Source of the DNA: Chiloscyllium plagiosum
Lineage: Eukaryota
Assembly: GCF_004010195.1 (NCBI RefSeq)
Contig: NC_057758.1
Span: 4,632,852 to 4,696,851 of the forward strand
Direction: 5' to 3'
DNA length: 64,000 nucleotides
The translations under genes were made by a program, and so were the position numbers. How positions within the stretch are numbered: the first letter of the stretch is position 1; each line of letters begins with the position of its first letter. Below, piece by piece: positions 1-11,397 of this stretch. The notes beneath the pieces were generated by a model. The model made no database searches, was not told where the DNA came from, and was given only the letters and a program-made list of their open reading frames with translations.

Positions 1-331
1 CTGAGGGAGCAGAGAGAATACGATGACACTTATACTAGCAAACTGGGGTTGGGGGGTTGCGGTGGAATATCGCTGCTTTTCCTATATTGCTGACCAATTC
101 TTCAGATCATCTCAGAGTTGTGGTGAGCCTCCCTGAACGTCTTGTCCAAGTCTATCACTAATAAACGCCACAGACCATGGACCTCAGATTCGACAGAATC
201 AGTAAAGGTGTAGTTTACAAATAACAAGGAGAAGCGAACGTTGCTGTGCTACATATCTAAACCAATGCTTTACTGCAAACATTTTGCATCATATGCTCTG
301 GAGATTAGATGTGCAAGTATATGCAAGGTAA

Positions 332-645
332 AGCAATCGCCCAGTGGTATTATCGCTGGATTCTTAATCCTGGAATGCAGGTAATGTTCTGGGACCCGGG
401 TTCGAATCCTGCCATGGATCGTGGAATTTGAATACAATAAATAACTAGAATCAGGAGTCAATGATGACCTGAAATCCATTTTTGATTGTTGGAAAAACTC
501 ATCTGGTTCACTAATATCCATTAAAGAAGGAAACTGCTGCCCTTACCTGGTCTGGCTTACATGTGACTCCAGGCCCACAGCAATGCGGTTGACTCTTACC
601 TGCGCTCTTGCAGGGGAATAAATGCCGGTTATCCAGCAACGCCGC
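332..645 (+). mobile_element. tRNA-derived SINE, family B (distinct from HE1), near full length
   Basis: A-box-like CAGTGGTATTATCGCTGG and B-box GGGTTCGAATCC, then a central domain CATCTGGTTCACTAATATCC...CCTTACCTGGTCTGGCTTACATGTGACTCC. Homologous copies lie at about 9235-9497 (-) and 25853-26025 (+). Confidence 0.8.
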
Positions 646-659
646 CATAGCCCTGCCAT

Positions 660-2110
660 AGCCCCGTATCCTTCTAATCCTTTTTTACCCGTGTATTTGT
701 CCAAATGCCTTTTACATGTTTTTATGTACCCGCCTCAACCAGTTCCACTGGCACCTCATTCCATCAGTGTACCACACTGCGTGTAAAAAAGTTGTTCCCT
801 AGGTTCCCTTTTATTCTTTCCCCTCAGACCTTAAACTGATGCTCTGTACTCCGGGATTGACCAAGCCTGGGAAAAAAAAGACTGCGTGCATTCACTCTAT
901 CCATGACTGTCATTACATTTTGCACTTCTATACGATCCTCCCTCAGTCTCTTACACTGTGAAGTAAAATGTCCTAGCTTGCCCAATCTCTCCCTATAACT
1001 CAGACAATTGACTCCTGGAAACAGCCTTGTAAATTTCTTCTGCATTCTTTCCAGTTTAATAACATCCTTCCCTGAGCAAAATGAACAAAACTGAACATTA
1101 AGCAACAAGAATGGCCTCACCAATGTCCTGTGCAACTGCAACATAACTCCCCAACTTCGATGTTCATTGCTATTGATGAATGCCAGTCTGCCAAAAGACT
1201 TCTTCCACTGTCCTGTCTACCACTTAATCAACTTTCAGGGAACCTTGCACCTGAATTCCAAAAGTTCCTCTGTTCCACCACACCTCTAAAAGGCCCAACC
1301 ATTCAACATGAAAGTCCGAATTGATTTGACTTTGCATAATGCAAGATCTCACATTTATCGATATTAAATTCCATTCGCCATTTCTCGTCCTGTGTCCCCA
1401 ACTGATCAAGGTCCTGTTGCAATTCGTGATAACCTTCCTCACGGTCCACGATACCACATATTTTACTGTCATCTGCGATCTTACTAATCATACTTGGTCG
1501 ATGCCAATCTAAAATTATATATAAACAGTAATGATCCCAGCACCGACCCTGAGGTACTCCACTAGTGACGGGCCTCCTGTCCAACAAGCATCCTTCCACT
1601 ATTACTTTCTGCTTCCTACCATCAATACAATTTTATATCTAATTTTCCTGCTCCCCCTACATTCCATGTGATCTAACCTTACAGAGCAGCGTACCATGTG
1701 GAACCTTACTTGAAGGCCTTACTGAAATTCATACAGAGTATGTATACCATCCTGCTCTCATCAATGTTGATGGTCATTTCATCAAAGAACTCTTCAAATG
1801 TTTGAGCCATGATCTTCCATGCACAAAGCCATGCTGACTGCTCCTATTCAAACCCTGTCTTTCCAAATGCATGTGTATATTATCACTCAGAATCCTACCT
1901 ACGACAGATGTTAGGCTTACTGGTCTATAGTTCCCAGGTTTTTCTTTGTAGACCTTCTTGACTAAGGGAACAGAATTCGCTATCCTCCAGTCCTCTGGTA
2001 CCTCACCCTGTTGGACAGAGATGATGGAAAACTGTCAGCCAGGGTTCTGGCAAAAGCATCTCTGTCCTCCTGCAGTGTTCTTGGATATATCTTGTCAGAA
2101 TCAAGAGATT
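660..2110 (-). mobile_element. CR1/HER1-like LINE, decayed 3' part of ORF2 (RT)
   Basis: ORF fragments RPVTSGVPQG, ISKIADDSKICGIVDREEGYHELQQDLDQL...WRMEFNIDKCEILH and LERMQKKFTRLFPG...SYRERL are typical of the CR1 RT C-terminus; many frameshifts. Confidence 0.9.
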
Positions 2111-2544
2111 TATGGTAATACAGCAAAGGCTGAAAAATATGACTACTCCGTTAAGGTACAAACACCAAAGAATGAGAAAATTACTTAATGATGGTTAACA
2201 TAACAAATTGAAGATTATATTAACCAGAGGAAGTGACATCAGAAGAATTCCAGACATTGGGGAAGCCTGTGAATCCTCATAAATGTGCAATCTCTAAAAG
2301 GATGGCCATTAAACGGATAAGGAAATCAAAAAGCGAACATGCATGCTAACAACCATGAACACAAAGACTGCACAAATCTACGATCTATATTGCAAAGAAA
2401 ACAAAATAAAAGCAAGGTCAAATGTGGAAATGTGTAATCGGGAGAGGAGAATTTATTGTGGAGAATAGGTAATTGGCCAAGAAAATAACCAATTATTTGC
2501 ATCTGCCTTCATGGAGGAAAATCCAGAAAATCTCTGAGAAGTGG

Positions 2545-3312
2545 AGAAAGTGAGGACTGCAGATGCTGGAGATCAGAGCTGAAAATGTGTTGCTGAAGAA
2601 GCACAGCAGGTCAGGCAGCATCCAAAGAACAGGAGAATCGACGTTTCGGGCATAAACCCTTCTTCAGGAATGAGGAAAGTGTGTCCAGCAGGCTAAGATA
2701 AACGGTAGGGAGGAGGGATTTGAGGGAGGGGCGTTGGAAATATGATAGGTGGAAGGAGGTCAAGGTGAGGGTGATAGGTCGGAGTGGGGTGGGAGCGGAG
2801 AGGTCAGGAAGAAGATTGCAGGTTAGGAAGGCGGTGCTGAGTTCGAGGAATTTGACTGAGGCAAGTTGTGGGAGGGGAAATGAGGAAACTGGAGAAATCA
2901 GAGTTCATCCCTTGTGGTTGGAGAGTTCCTAGGCGGAAGATGAGGCGCTCTTCCTCGAACCGTCGTGTTGCTATGGTCTGGCGATGGAGGAGTCCAAGGC
3001 CCTGCATATCCTTGCTGGAGTGGGAGCGGAAGTTGAAGTGTTGAGCCCCGGGGTGGTTGGGTTGGTTATTCCGGGTGTCCCAGAGGTGTTCTCTGAAACT
3101 TTCCACAAGTAGGCGGCCTGTCTCACCAATATAGAGGAGGCCATATCGGGTGCAACGGATGCAATAAATGATGTGTGTGGAGGTGCTGGTGAATTTGTGG
3201 CGGATATGGAAGTATCCCTTGGGGCCTTGGAGGGAAGTAAGGGGGGGGGGGGCGGGGAAGGTGTGGGCGCAGGTTTTGCATTTCTTGCGGTTGCAGGGGA
3301 AGATGCCGGGAG
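2545..3312 (-). mobile_element. Penelope-like element fragment (GIY-YIG endonuclease region plus terminal repeat)
   Basis: Minus-strand peptide FREHLWDTRNNQPNHPGAQHFN...RRFEEERLIFRLGTLQPQGMNSDF; reverse complement of the element at 33125-34331. Confidence 0.9.
2635..2672 (-). ncRNA. Minimal type-I hammerhead ribozyme motif in Penelope terminus
   Basis: Minus strand reads CAUUC-CUGAAGA-A-GGGU-UUAU-GCCC-GAAA-CG-UC-GAUUC: CUGANGA core, stem II hairpin, GAAA, palindromic ACGU loop III, UC cleavage site. Confidence 0.65.
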
Positions 3313-4020
3313 AAGTATCAAGTAATCATATTGGACCTGTGGAACTAAAGACATAAAGTCAATTTAAATCAAAAATAGGGTAATGTTTGAACATGTAGAT
3401 GGATTGAGCATTGCTAAGTCTAACGAAACAGATATACTTCATACCAAAATGTCAGAAATACAACAGCAATCAAAGCATTAAATGCACTGTGGATGACTGT
3501 GTGTTTATCCTGTACATTCTGCAGGGGCCGGAAGCCATTGCAGACAAATGGAAAGTAGTTAGTAAATAAATTACTGTGAAGGGTATTTGGAAGAATAAAT
3601 ACAGTGGAAAGTTAAAGATAGGTTCACATTCATTTCAGGGAATCACAATATAGATGGAAGGAAATGTTGAAGCAATTTCGCAGTGTGTTGATATGACTGT
3701 ACCTGGGCTATTCTGTACAGTGTTGGTGACCCAATATGAGAAAGCATATACTGACCGCAAAGGAATTGCAGTGGACATTCTCCAGATTAATCCCTCAGAT
3801 GACTAGCTTTCCTGTTGCAGAAACTCGGCCTGCGTTCTCTCGAGTTTTAAAGAATTAGAGGTGATCGCAGTGAAACATAGAAAAGTCACTAAACATTTGA
3901 CAAGGTAGAAATAAATAGAATACCTCTCTGGCAGTGTACTGTACATTAAAGGCAAATAATGGCAGGATAAGGGACAGGCCATTTAAGACCGTCATAAGGA
4001 GGAAATTCTTCATTTGGAAA

Positions 4021-6315
4021 CGAATGACTAACACAGGGGCATGGAAATCTGCAGGCAGGGAAAGATTAGGAAGAATCCCCAGATATTCTACAGTTACGTC
4101 GAGTGGAACAGAATAACCAGGGAGCAAGTAGCATCCATTCGTAACTTGCCAAGTTGCATCCAAATCAACTGAGTGTTCGGAGACAGAGGGTGGTGTCAGA
4201 AAACTCTTTGTGTGACTGGAGATCACTGTCCAATGGTGCACCACAGTGATCAGTGCTGTGTCGCTTATTATTTGTGATTCTGAGGTGCCGGTGTTAGACT
4301 GGTGTGGACAAAGTTAAAAATCACACCACACCACTTTATAATCCAACTGGTTTATTCTGAGGCACGAGCTTTCGAAGTGCACAACCACCTGTTGAAGAAG
4401 CAGAGCTTGGAAAGCTCCTGCCTCCGAACAAGCATGCTAGATTATAACCTGGTGTTGTGTTAACTTTTAAATTATCATTAGTGGTATTCTTAAATGACGT
4501 AGATGTGAATGTGGAGGGGAGTTGGGGGGGCGTATGGTAAGTACGTTTCTGTTTGATACAATGATTGGCCGGTTGATGGCAGTGAGGAGGAAGGCCTTAT
4601 GTTATAGGAAGATACCGATGGAGTCGTCAGATGGGCAGATCAATAGCAGATGGAATGTAACCCTGATAAGTATGAGGTGATGTACTTTGGAAGAAGGAAC
4701 CAGACAGGGGCTTACTCAATGAATGGTAGCACACTAGGAAGCTCAGCGGGTGCTTCTCCACACATCCCTGAATGTGACTAAACAGGTTAATGCACAATTT
4801 GAGAAAGCATAGTGACTGTAAACATCGCTTTTTTTCGTCGATACATAGTTTATAAGAGTTATGTGGAACTTTGGTTCGTCCACAGATGGAACACTGGGAG
4901 CCAGATCACAGGAAGGATGTAATTACACTGTAAGGGGTGCAGAGGAGATTCACCAGAATGTTCCCTGGGATGGAGCAAGTACAAATTATTTGGACGGGCA
5001 TTTGAAGTTTCAGAACATTTTTGGCTATGTGGCTGTCGTGGGAAAATAGGACTAATGTAGACTGTGCTGTATTTCTGACTGTACAGAAGCTATGATTCTG
5101 TGAGTGTAAGGGGCGGAGGTCAATCATTGAGCAGCTTAAGAAAATAATTGATGTGTTTTGGAACAGCATATTCGTAAGGGTTATAACAGTGATCGTCTAA
5201 TAAGTTCTACAAGTATGTCAATGGCAACAGTAAGGGAAAAAAACGTGCAGCTTCTTTACAGTTTGAAACCAGAGAATGGAGAATGGAGAACAGGGAAATG
5301 GCAGAATTATGGAGCAAATATTTCAGTTATGTCCTCACAAAAGAAAACTAAACAAAAAAGAAATCTTCCCAACTATACTAGGAAACTTTACTCTGGTGAG
5401 AAAAAAAGTAATACAATGAAATTTGCAAATACTCATTCTCGAGAAAGTATTGGGACTGAAAGTAATGGGCTTAGACAAGTCAGCGGCGAGTAATCAAATG
5501 GGAATCATATTTGAGAAACTGACTTGTGGTAAAATAATGGAGAAAGAAACAATGCAATACGATTGGATTTTCAGAAAGATTATTGATCAAGCCCCAAACC
5601 TATTATGCAAATTCGAATCTTATGGAACTCGGACGAGTATATGGGCATTATTTTAGCATGGGAGAGCTGACAGGAAACAGTGACCAGGAATAAATTAATG
5701 TTTTTTCAAGTGTGGAAAACTCGGGGGTTATAGCAGGAACCTCGGCTTGGGACCAGCAATTCCCAATATACACCAAGCGTTTGTTAGAAGGAATAAAATG
5801 TAGTATTCACAAGCCTGCAGATGGCTCAAATCGATGTCGGATTGTGAGCAGGATATAAAAAAGCTCCAAGGCGATTTAAGCAAGTGGCGTGTCTGGGTAA
5901 ATACATGGAAGATGAAGCCAATGTGGAGAGATGTGACATTGCGCCCTTTGATCGGAAAACCAGAATGGCAGCCTACCATTTGAAAAGGTTGGGAAATGTA
6001 ACTCTACTAAGGGGTTATGCTCCTTTTCTTATTTCTTTCTGTGCAGACGTCCAAGGTCCATGCAGAGCAGAGAGTTATGAAACCAGGGGTCAATACTGGG
6101 AATGGCACGCTGACCAATGTACATAGTCCCGCCAAGTGGTGAGCTGTAACATTGAAAAGCATCTGGATCTCCCCGTACAACACTCACTGAAAGCAATATT
6201 GCAGGAACAGAAAGCCGTTAGGAAGAAGAATGCTGTCCTTTATTTCAAGGGGCATTATGTACAGGTGTAAGTGTGTCTTACTGCAGCTGTACAGGACATT
6301 GTTGAGACCCCATCA
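4021..6315 (+). repeat. Tandem duplication A, copy 1 (2295 bp)
   Basis: Starts CGAATGACTAACACAGGGGC at 4021 and again at 6316; near-identical ORF pairs 4861/7155 and 4906/7200. Confidence 0.95.
4283..4471. mobile_element. Short fold-back (inverted-repeat) element, probably Penelope-terminus derived; copy 1
   Basis: Left arm AAAGTTAAAAATCACACCACACCAC...TTATAATCCAAC...GGCACGAGCTTTCG is an imperfect reverse complement of right arm GAAAGCTCCTGCC...ATTATAACCTGGTGTTGTGTTAACTTTTAA. Confidence 0.7.
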
Positions 6316-8530
6316 CGAATGACTAACACAGGGGCATGGAAATCTGCAGGCAGGGAAAGATTAGGAAGAATCCCCAGATATTCTACAGTTACGTCGAGTG
6401 GAACAGAATAACCAGGGAGCAAGTGGCATCCATTCGTGACGTGCCAAGTTGCATCCAAATCAACTGAGTGTTCGGAGACAGAGGGTGGTGTCAGACAACT
6501 CTTTGTGTGACTGGAGATCACTGTCCAATGGTGCACCACAGTGATCAGTGCTGTGTCGCTTATTATTTGTGATTCTGAGGTGCCGGTGTTGGACTGGTGT
6601 GGACAAAGTTAAAAATCACACCACACCAGGTTATAATCCAACTGGTTTATTCTGAGGCACGAGCTTTCGAAGTGCACAACCACCTGATGAAGAAGCAGAG
6701 CTTGGAAAGCTCCTGCCTCCGAATAAGCATGCTAGATTATAACCTGGTGTTGTGTTAACTTTTAAATTATCATTAGTGGTATTCATAAATGACGTAGATG
6801 TGAATGTGGAGGGGAGTTGGGGGGCGTATGGTAAGTACGTTTCTGTTTGATACAATGATTGGCCGGTTGATGGCAGTGAGGAGGAAGGCCTTATGTTACA
6901 GGAAGATACCGATGGAGTCGTCAGATGGGCAGATCAATAGCAGATGGAATGTAACCCTGATAAATATGAGGTGATGTACTTTGGAAGAAGGAACCAGACA
7001 CGGGATTACTCAATGAATGGTAGCACACTAGGAAGCTCATCGGGTGCTTCTCCACACATCCCTGAATGTGACTAAACAGGTTAATGCACAATTTGAGAAA
7101 TCATAGTGACTGTAAACATCACTTTTTTTCGTCGATACATAGTTTATAAGAGTTATGTGGAACTTTGGTTCGGCCACAGATGGAACACTGGGAGCCACAT
7201 CACAGGAAGGATGTAATTACACTGTAAGGGGTGCAGAGGAGATTCACCAGAATGTTCCCTGGGATGGAGCAAGTACAAAGTATTTGGACGGGCATTTGAA
7301 GTTTCAGAACATTTTTGGCTATGTGGCTGTCGTGGGAAAATAGGACTAATGTAGACTGTGCTGTATATCTGACTGTACAGAAGCTATGATTCTGTGAGTG
7401 TAAGGGGTGGAGGTCAATCATTGAGCAGCTTAAGACAATAATTGATGTGTTTTGGAACAGCATATTCGTAAGGGTATAAGGGGGTGATCATCGAATAAGT
7501 TCTAAAAGTATGTCAATGGCAACAGTAAGGGGAAAAAACGTGCAGCTTCTTTACAGTTTGAAACCAGAGAATGGAGAACAGGGAAATGGCAGAATTATGG
7601 AGCAAATATTTCAGTTATGTCCTCACAAAAGAAAACTAAACAAAAAAGAAATCTTCTCAACTATACTAGGAAACTTTACTCTGGTGAGAAAAAAAGTAAC
7701 ACAATGAAATTTGCAAATACTCATTCTCGAGAAACTGACTTGTGATAAAATAATGGAGAAAGAAACAATGCAATACGATTGGATTTTCAGAAAGATTATT
7801 GATCAAGCCCCAAACCTATTATGCAAATTCAAATCTTATGGAACTCGGACGAGTATATGGGCATTATTTTAGCATGGGAGAGCTGACAGAAAACAGTGAC
7901 CAGGAATAAATTAATGTTTTTTCAAGTGTGGAAAACTCGGGGTTATAGCAGGAACCTCGGCTTGGGACCAGCAATTCCCAATATACACCAAGCGTTTGTT
8001 AGAAGGAATAAAATGTAGTATTCACAAGCCTGCAGATGGCTCAAATCGATGTCGGATTGTGAGCAGGATATAAAAAAGCTCCAAGGTGATTTAAGCAAGT
8101 GGCGTGTCTGGGTCAATACATGGAAGATGAAGACCAATGTGGAGAGATGTAACATTGCGCCCTTTGATCGGAAAACCAGAATGGCAGCCTACCATTTGAA
8201 AAGGTTGGGAAATGTAACTCTACTAAGGGGTTATGCTCCTTTACTTATTTCTTTCTGTGCAGACGTCCAAGGTCCATGCAGAGCAGAGAGTTATGAAACC
8301 AGGAGTCAATACTGGGAATGGCACGCTGACCAATGTACATAGTCCCGCCAAGTGGTGAGCTGTAACATTGAAAAGCATCTGGATCTCCCCGTACAACACT
8401 CACTGAAAGCAATATTGCAGGAACAGAAAGACGTTAGGAAGACGAATGCTGTCCTTTATTTCAAGGGGCATTATGTACAGGTGTAAGTGTGTCTTACTGC
8501 AGCTGTACAGGACATTATTGAGACCCCATC
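6316..8530 (+). repeat. Tandem duplication A, copy 2 (about 2215 bp; 72-bp internal deletion)
   Basis: Colinear with 4021-6315 up to GAGACCCCATC (8530); lacks the segment between the two GAGAAA hexamers at 5441 and 5513 of copy 1. Confidence 0.95.
6577..6766. mobile_element. Short fold-back element, copy 2, retaining a hammerhead core
   Basis: Same inverted arms (CACACCAGGTTATAATC ... GATTATAACCTGGTGTTGTG); right arm contains CAC-CTGATGA-AGAAGCAGAGCTTG-GAAA-GC-TC at about 6681-6712. Confidence 0.7.
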
Positions 8531-8915
8531 TCGACCTTTGAGCAGTATTGTATGCAGTTTTGGTCTCCTTACCTAATGAAGGACAAACCTGACATTGAGC
8601 GAGAGCAGTGAAGGATGACCAGACTGATCTTTGCGATGACAGTCTTGTTGCGGGAGTAGAGTTTGGGTCAACTGAGCCTGTATTCCATGGCGATTATGAG
8701 TGAAGATCTCAGCAAAATATATAGCACACTGACAGGGCGACACAGGGTGGAAGCAGGGATGATAATTCCCCTGGCTGGGGAGTCCAAAATAAGGCGCCAA
8801 AATATTAAGTACAGATAGGCCACTCTGCATTGAGATGAGAAATATGTCTGCGCTCAGAGACTGGGGAATTCTCTCCCACATCAGGCTGTGGAAGCCAAGA
8901 CACTGAATATAAGTA

Positions 8916-8977
8916 GAGGCGGGAATTGAACCCGGGTCTCTGGCGCTGTGAGGCAGCAGTGCTAACCACTGTGCCAC
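8916..8977 (-). mobile_element. Isolated tRNA-like head of an HE1-type SINE
   Basis: Reverse complement GTGGCACAGTGGTTAGCACTGCTGCCTCACAGCGCCAGAGACCCGGGTTCAATTCCCGCCTC has A and B boxes and matches the head of the copy at 42201-42514. Confidence 0.85.
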
Positions 8978-9234
8978 AGGATTTCTGGAAACTAGAATAT
9001 GGGAGGCAAAATGTGTTGAATGGCCCACTCATTTCCTAACGTTTCTGTGCAGTCTTTGGGAAAGCTCTGTAAATGTTGTCACAAGCTCTCAGAAATTAGG
9101 AAGGAGGTTTCTGCAGTGTCGGCAGGATTGTGTTTTCCATTCCCATTTCCTGGGGCCTGGTGGTCTGTCCGGTTCTCTCCTTTAACAACTCGGAGCAGAC
9201 AATACAATTGAGTTTCTTGCTGGGCTGTTTCAGA

Positions 9235-9497
9235 GACCATTGAAGCGTTTATCACGTCTGTGCATCAAGAGTCAATTTTAGGCCAGACCAGGAAAGCACA
9301 GGAGAATCACTTCCTGAAAGGACATTGGGGAAGGAAATTGGTGTTTACAATCGACATTGGCTTCAAGGTCACTATTACTGACACCAGGTTTTAGATCTCG
9401 ATATTTTATTATTATTTCTAACTTCCACCACCTGCCAGAGCATTAGCCTGGTCTGAATCAGTAATCCAGTGACATTTCCACAGCAGCACCATCTCCA
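9235..9497 (-). mobile_element. Family B SINE, old diverged copy
   Basis: Reverse-complement similarity to 332-645 (GGCCAGACCAGG..AG..TTCCTGAAAGGACATT..; AGTAATCCAGTGAC). Confidence 0.6.
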
Positions 9498-9698
9498 CAT
9501 GGGGACCTATTGGAAACCACACTGAGCAGGTGATTTCTGTGCTGCTTGACAGCTCTGTCAAAAAGAACTCCCACTAATTTGACTATCGTGATGGGACTGA
9601 GGGCATGGTAATTGGTCAGAATGCAATTATTCTCCTCTTAACGGGACTGGACACAGCTGAGTAACTTTTCACATTGCCAGGTAGATGTCAAAGTTGGA

Positions 9699-10665
9699 GT
9701 TGGAATGAAATAGCTTTCCCAGTTCGTTGTGCAGCTCAAATCTTCAGTCCTATTGCAGGAATGGTGCCTGGGCCCATTGCCTTTTGTGTATCTGCTGTGT
9801 TCAGCTCTTTCTTCATGTCACGTGCAGCGAGTCGCATTGGATGAAAATTAGCATCTGTGATTCTGAGGCCATCAGGATGAGAGTGAGGCGGATCATCGAC
9901 TTCACACTTCTGGCTGAGGATTTACAGATACTACATCCCTGTCTTTTACACTAATGTGCAGGGCTGCTCCAATGTTTTGCATGGGGATATTTATGGTGAC
10001 CTCTCCTCCAGAGATTTGTTTAATCGTCCATCGCCATTTATGACTGAAATTGCCAGACTGCAGAACTTTTATCTGATCTGGTTGTCAAGATTAGATTAGA
10101 TTACTTACAGTGTGGAAACAGGCCCTTCGGCCCAACAAGTCCACACCGACCCGCCGAAGCGCAACCCACCCATATCCCTACAACCTCACACTACGGGCAA
10201 TTTAGCATGGCCAATTCACCTGACCCGCACATCTTTGGACTGTGGGAGGAAACCGGAGCACCCGGAGGAAACCCGTTGGAATGAAATAGCTTTCCCAGTT
10301 CGTTGTGCAGCTCAAATCTTCAGTCCTATTGCAGGAATGGTGCCTGGGCCCATTGCCTTTTGTGTATCTGCTGTGTTCAGCTCTTTCTTCATGTCACGTA
10401 CAGCGAGTCGCATTGGATGAAGATTGGCATCTGTGATTCTGAGGCCATCAGGATGAGAGTAAGGCGGATCATCGACTTAACACTTCTGGCTGAGGATTTA
10501 CAGATACTACATCCCTGTCTTTTACACTAATGTGCAGGGCTGCTCCAATGTTTTGCATGGGGATATTTATGGTGACCTCTCCTCCAGAGATTTGTTTAAT
10601 CGTCCATCGCCATTTATGACTGAATGTGCCAGACTGCAGAACTTTTATCTGATCTGGTTGTCAAG
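9699..10665 (+). repeat. 391-bp direct repeat (9699-10089 and 10275-10665) flanking a truncated SINE
   Basis: Both copies run GTTGGAATGAAATAGC ... GATCTGGTTGTCAAG; offset 576 bp; about 7 substitutions by eye. Confidence 0.95.
10090..10274 (-). mobile_element. HE1-type SINE, 5'-truncated
   Basis: (ATTAG)n tail, then CAGTGTGGAAACAGGCCCTTCGGCCCAAC...GGAAACCGGAGCACCCGGAGGAAACCC; close match to 42201-42390. Confidence 0.92.
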
Positions 10666-10889
10666 TGGAGTAGCTTTAGCGTGTTGTCATCAGGTTTAGA
10701 TACGCATGGTTCTGACCCGAGCATGTCCACCCACACTCGTCTCTGAATCATAGATTTGATTGATTTTAATGGTAGACTGAGGGGTTATCCCGGGATAAAA
10801 GTTACAGGTTGTGGTTGAGTGCAGTTCTGCTTCTACTGTGGACAGCAGCACTAAATGAATGCGCAGTTTTAAGTTGAAATATCTGCAAA

Positions 10890-11035
10890 GCAATTCTGTC
10901 TGTGCTCCAGTTCACGCCGAGACCCGTTAAACCATCAGCTCTGTACGTGGTGACCTACTCTGGTTTCCGATGTGGTAACACTTCTGTTTTCACACTCTCA
11001 TTCTGCTCTTCCTGGTTTGATGCCTCCAATCTGAC
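10890..11035 (+). mobile_element. Possible old L2-like LINE 3' ORF2 remnant
   Basis: CCATCAGCTCTGTACGTGGTGACCTACTCTGGTTTCCG resembles the L2 'ITPVLxxLHWLP' coding segment. Confidence 0.4.
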
Positions 11036-11397
11036 AAATTCCTCAAGACCATTTAACTGATTTTAATTCAACTGTTAAATTCATCTGAATGGTTTGCCGT
11101 GAGTCGTGCCAACTTCTGTGGTGATGTGAATGTGTTTCCCTCTGTTTCCCTCCCTCAGCATGATTAAGAGCGCTGTACTCTCAGTGGCTCCAGTCTTATA
11201 TATTTTCAGAACCAATGAATTTGCACACCTTGCATTATTGTTCACTCCCGGGTGTACGGCGATCTGAGTTGGACAGGGCGTTTGAACAGCTTTGTCACAT
11301 GCCTTTGAAGCCTGTTCAAAAACAGAAACTACAGGAGAGACTAAGCAGATCTGGCAAAATCTGTGGAGCGGAAGTAGAGTTAATCATTCAGGTCCAG

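Larger units (their letters stand above)
3360..8915 (+). mobile_element. Patchwork of old, highly decayed CR1-like LINE fragments
   Basis: Remnant peptides such as IKKLQGDLSKWRVWVNTWKMKTNVERC (CR1 LQxDLDxLxxWAxxWxMxFN motif) and CR1-like DNA (GTGCAGAGGAGATTCACCAGAATG, CAGTTTTGGTCTCCTTACCTAA). Confidence 0.7.
9510..10885 (-). mobile_element. Old CR1/L2-group LINE ORF2 fragment, interrupted by a SINE and a 391-bp duplication
   Basis: Minus strand resembles DTxKAMGPxxIPAIxLKxxAxELxxxLxxLF...GIYxAMWK (plus-strand text CAGGAATGGTGCCTGGGCCCATTGCCTTTTGTGTATC), the segment upstream of the RT domain. Confidence 0.65.

Noticed and set aside
8916..8977. tRNA gene (likewise about 335-415, 32105-32170 and 42435-42514)
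   Set aside because: A/B boxes belong to SINE heads; no complete cloverleaf with acceptor stem is evident.
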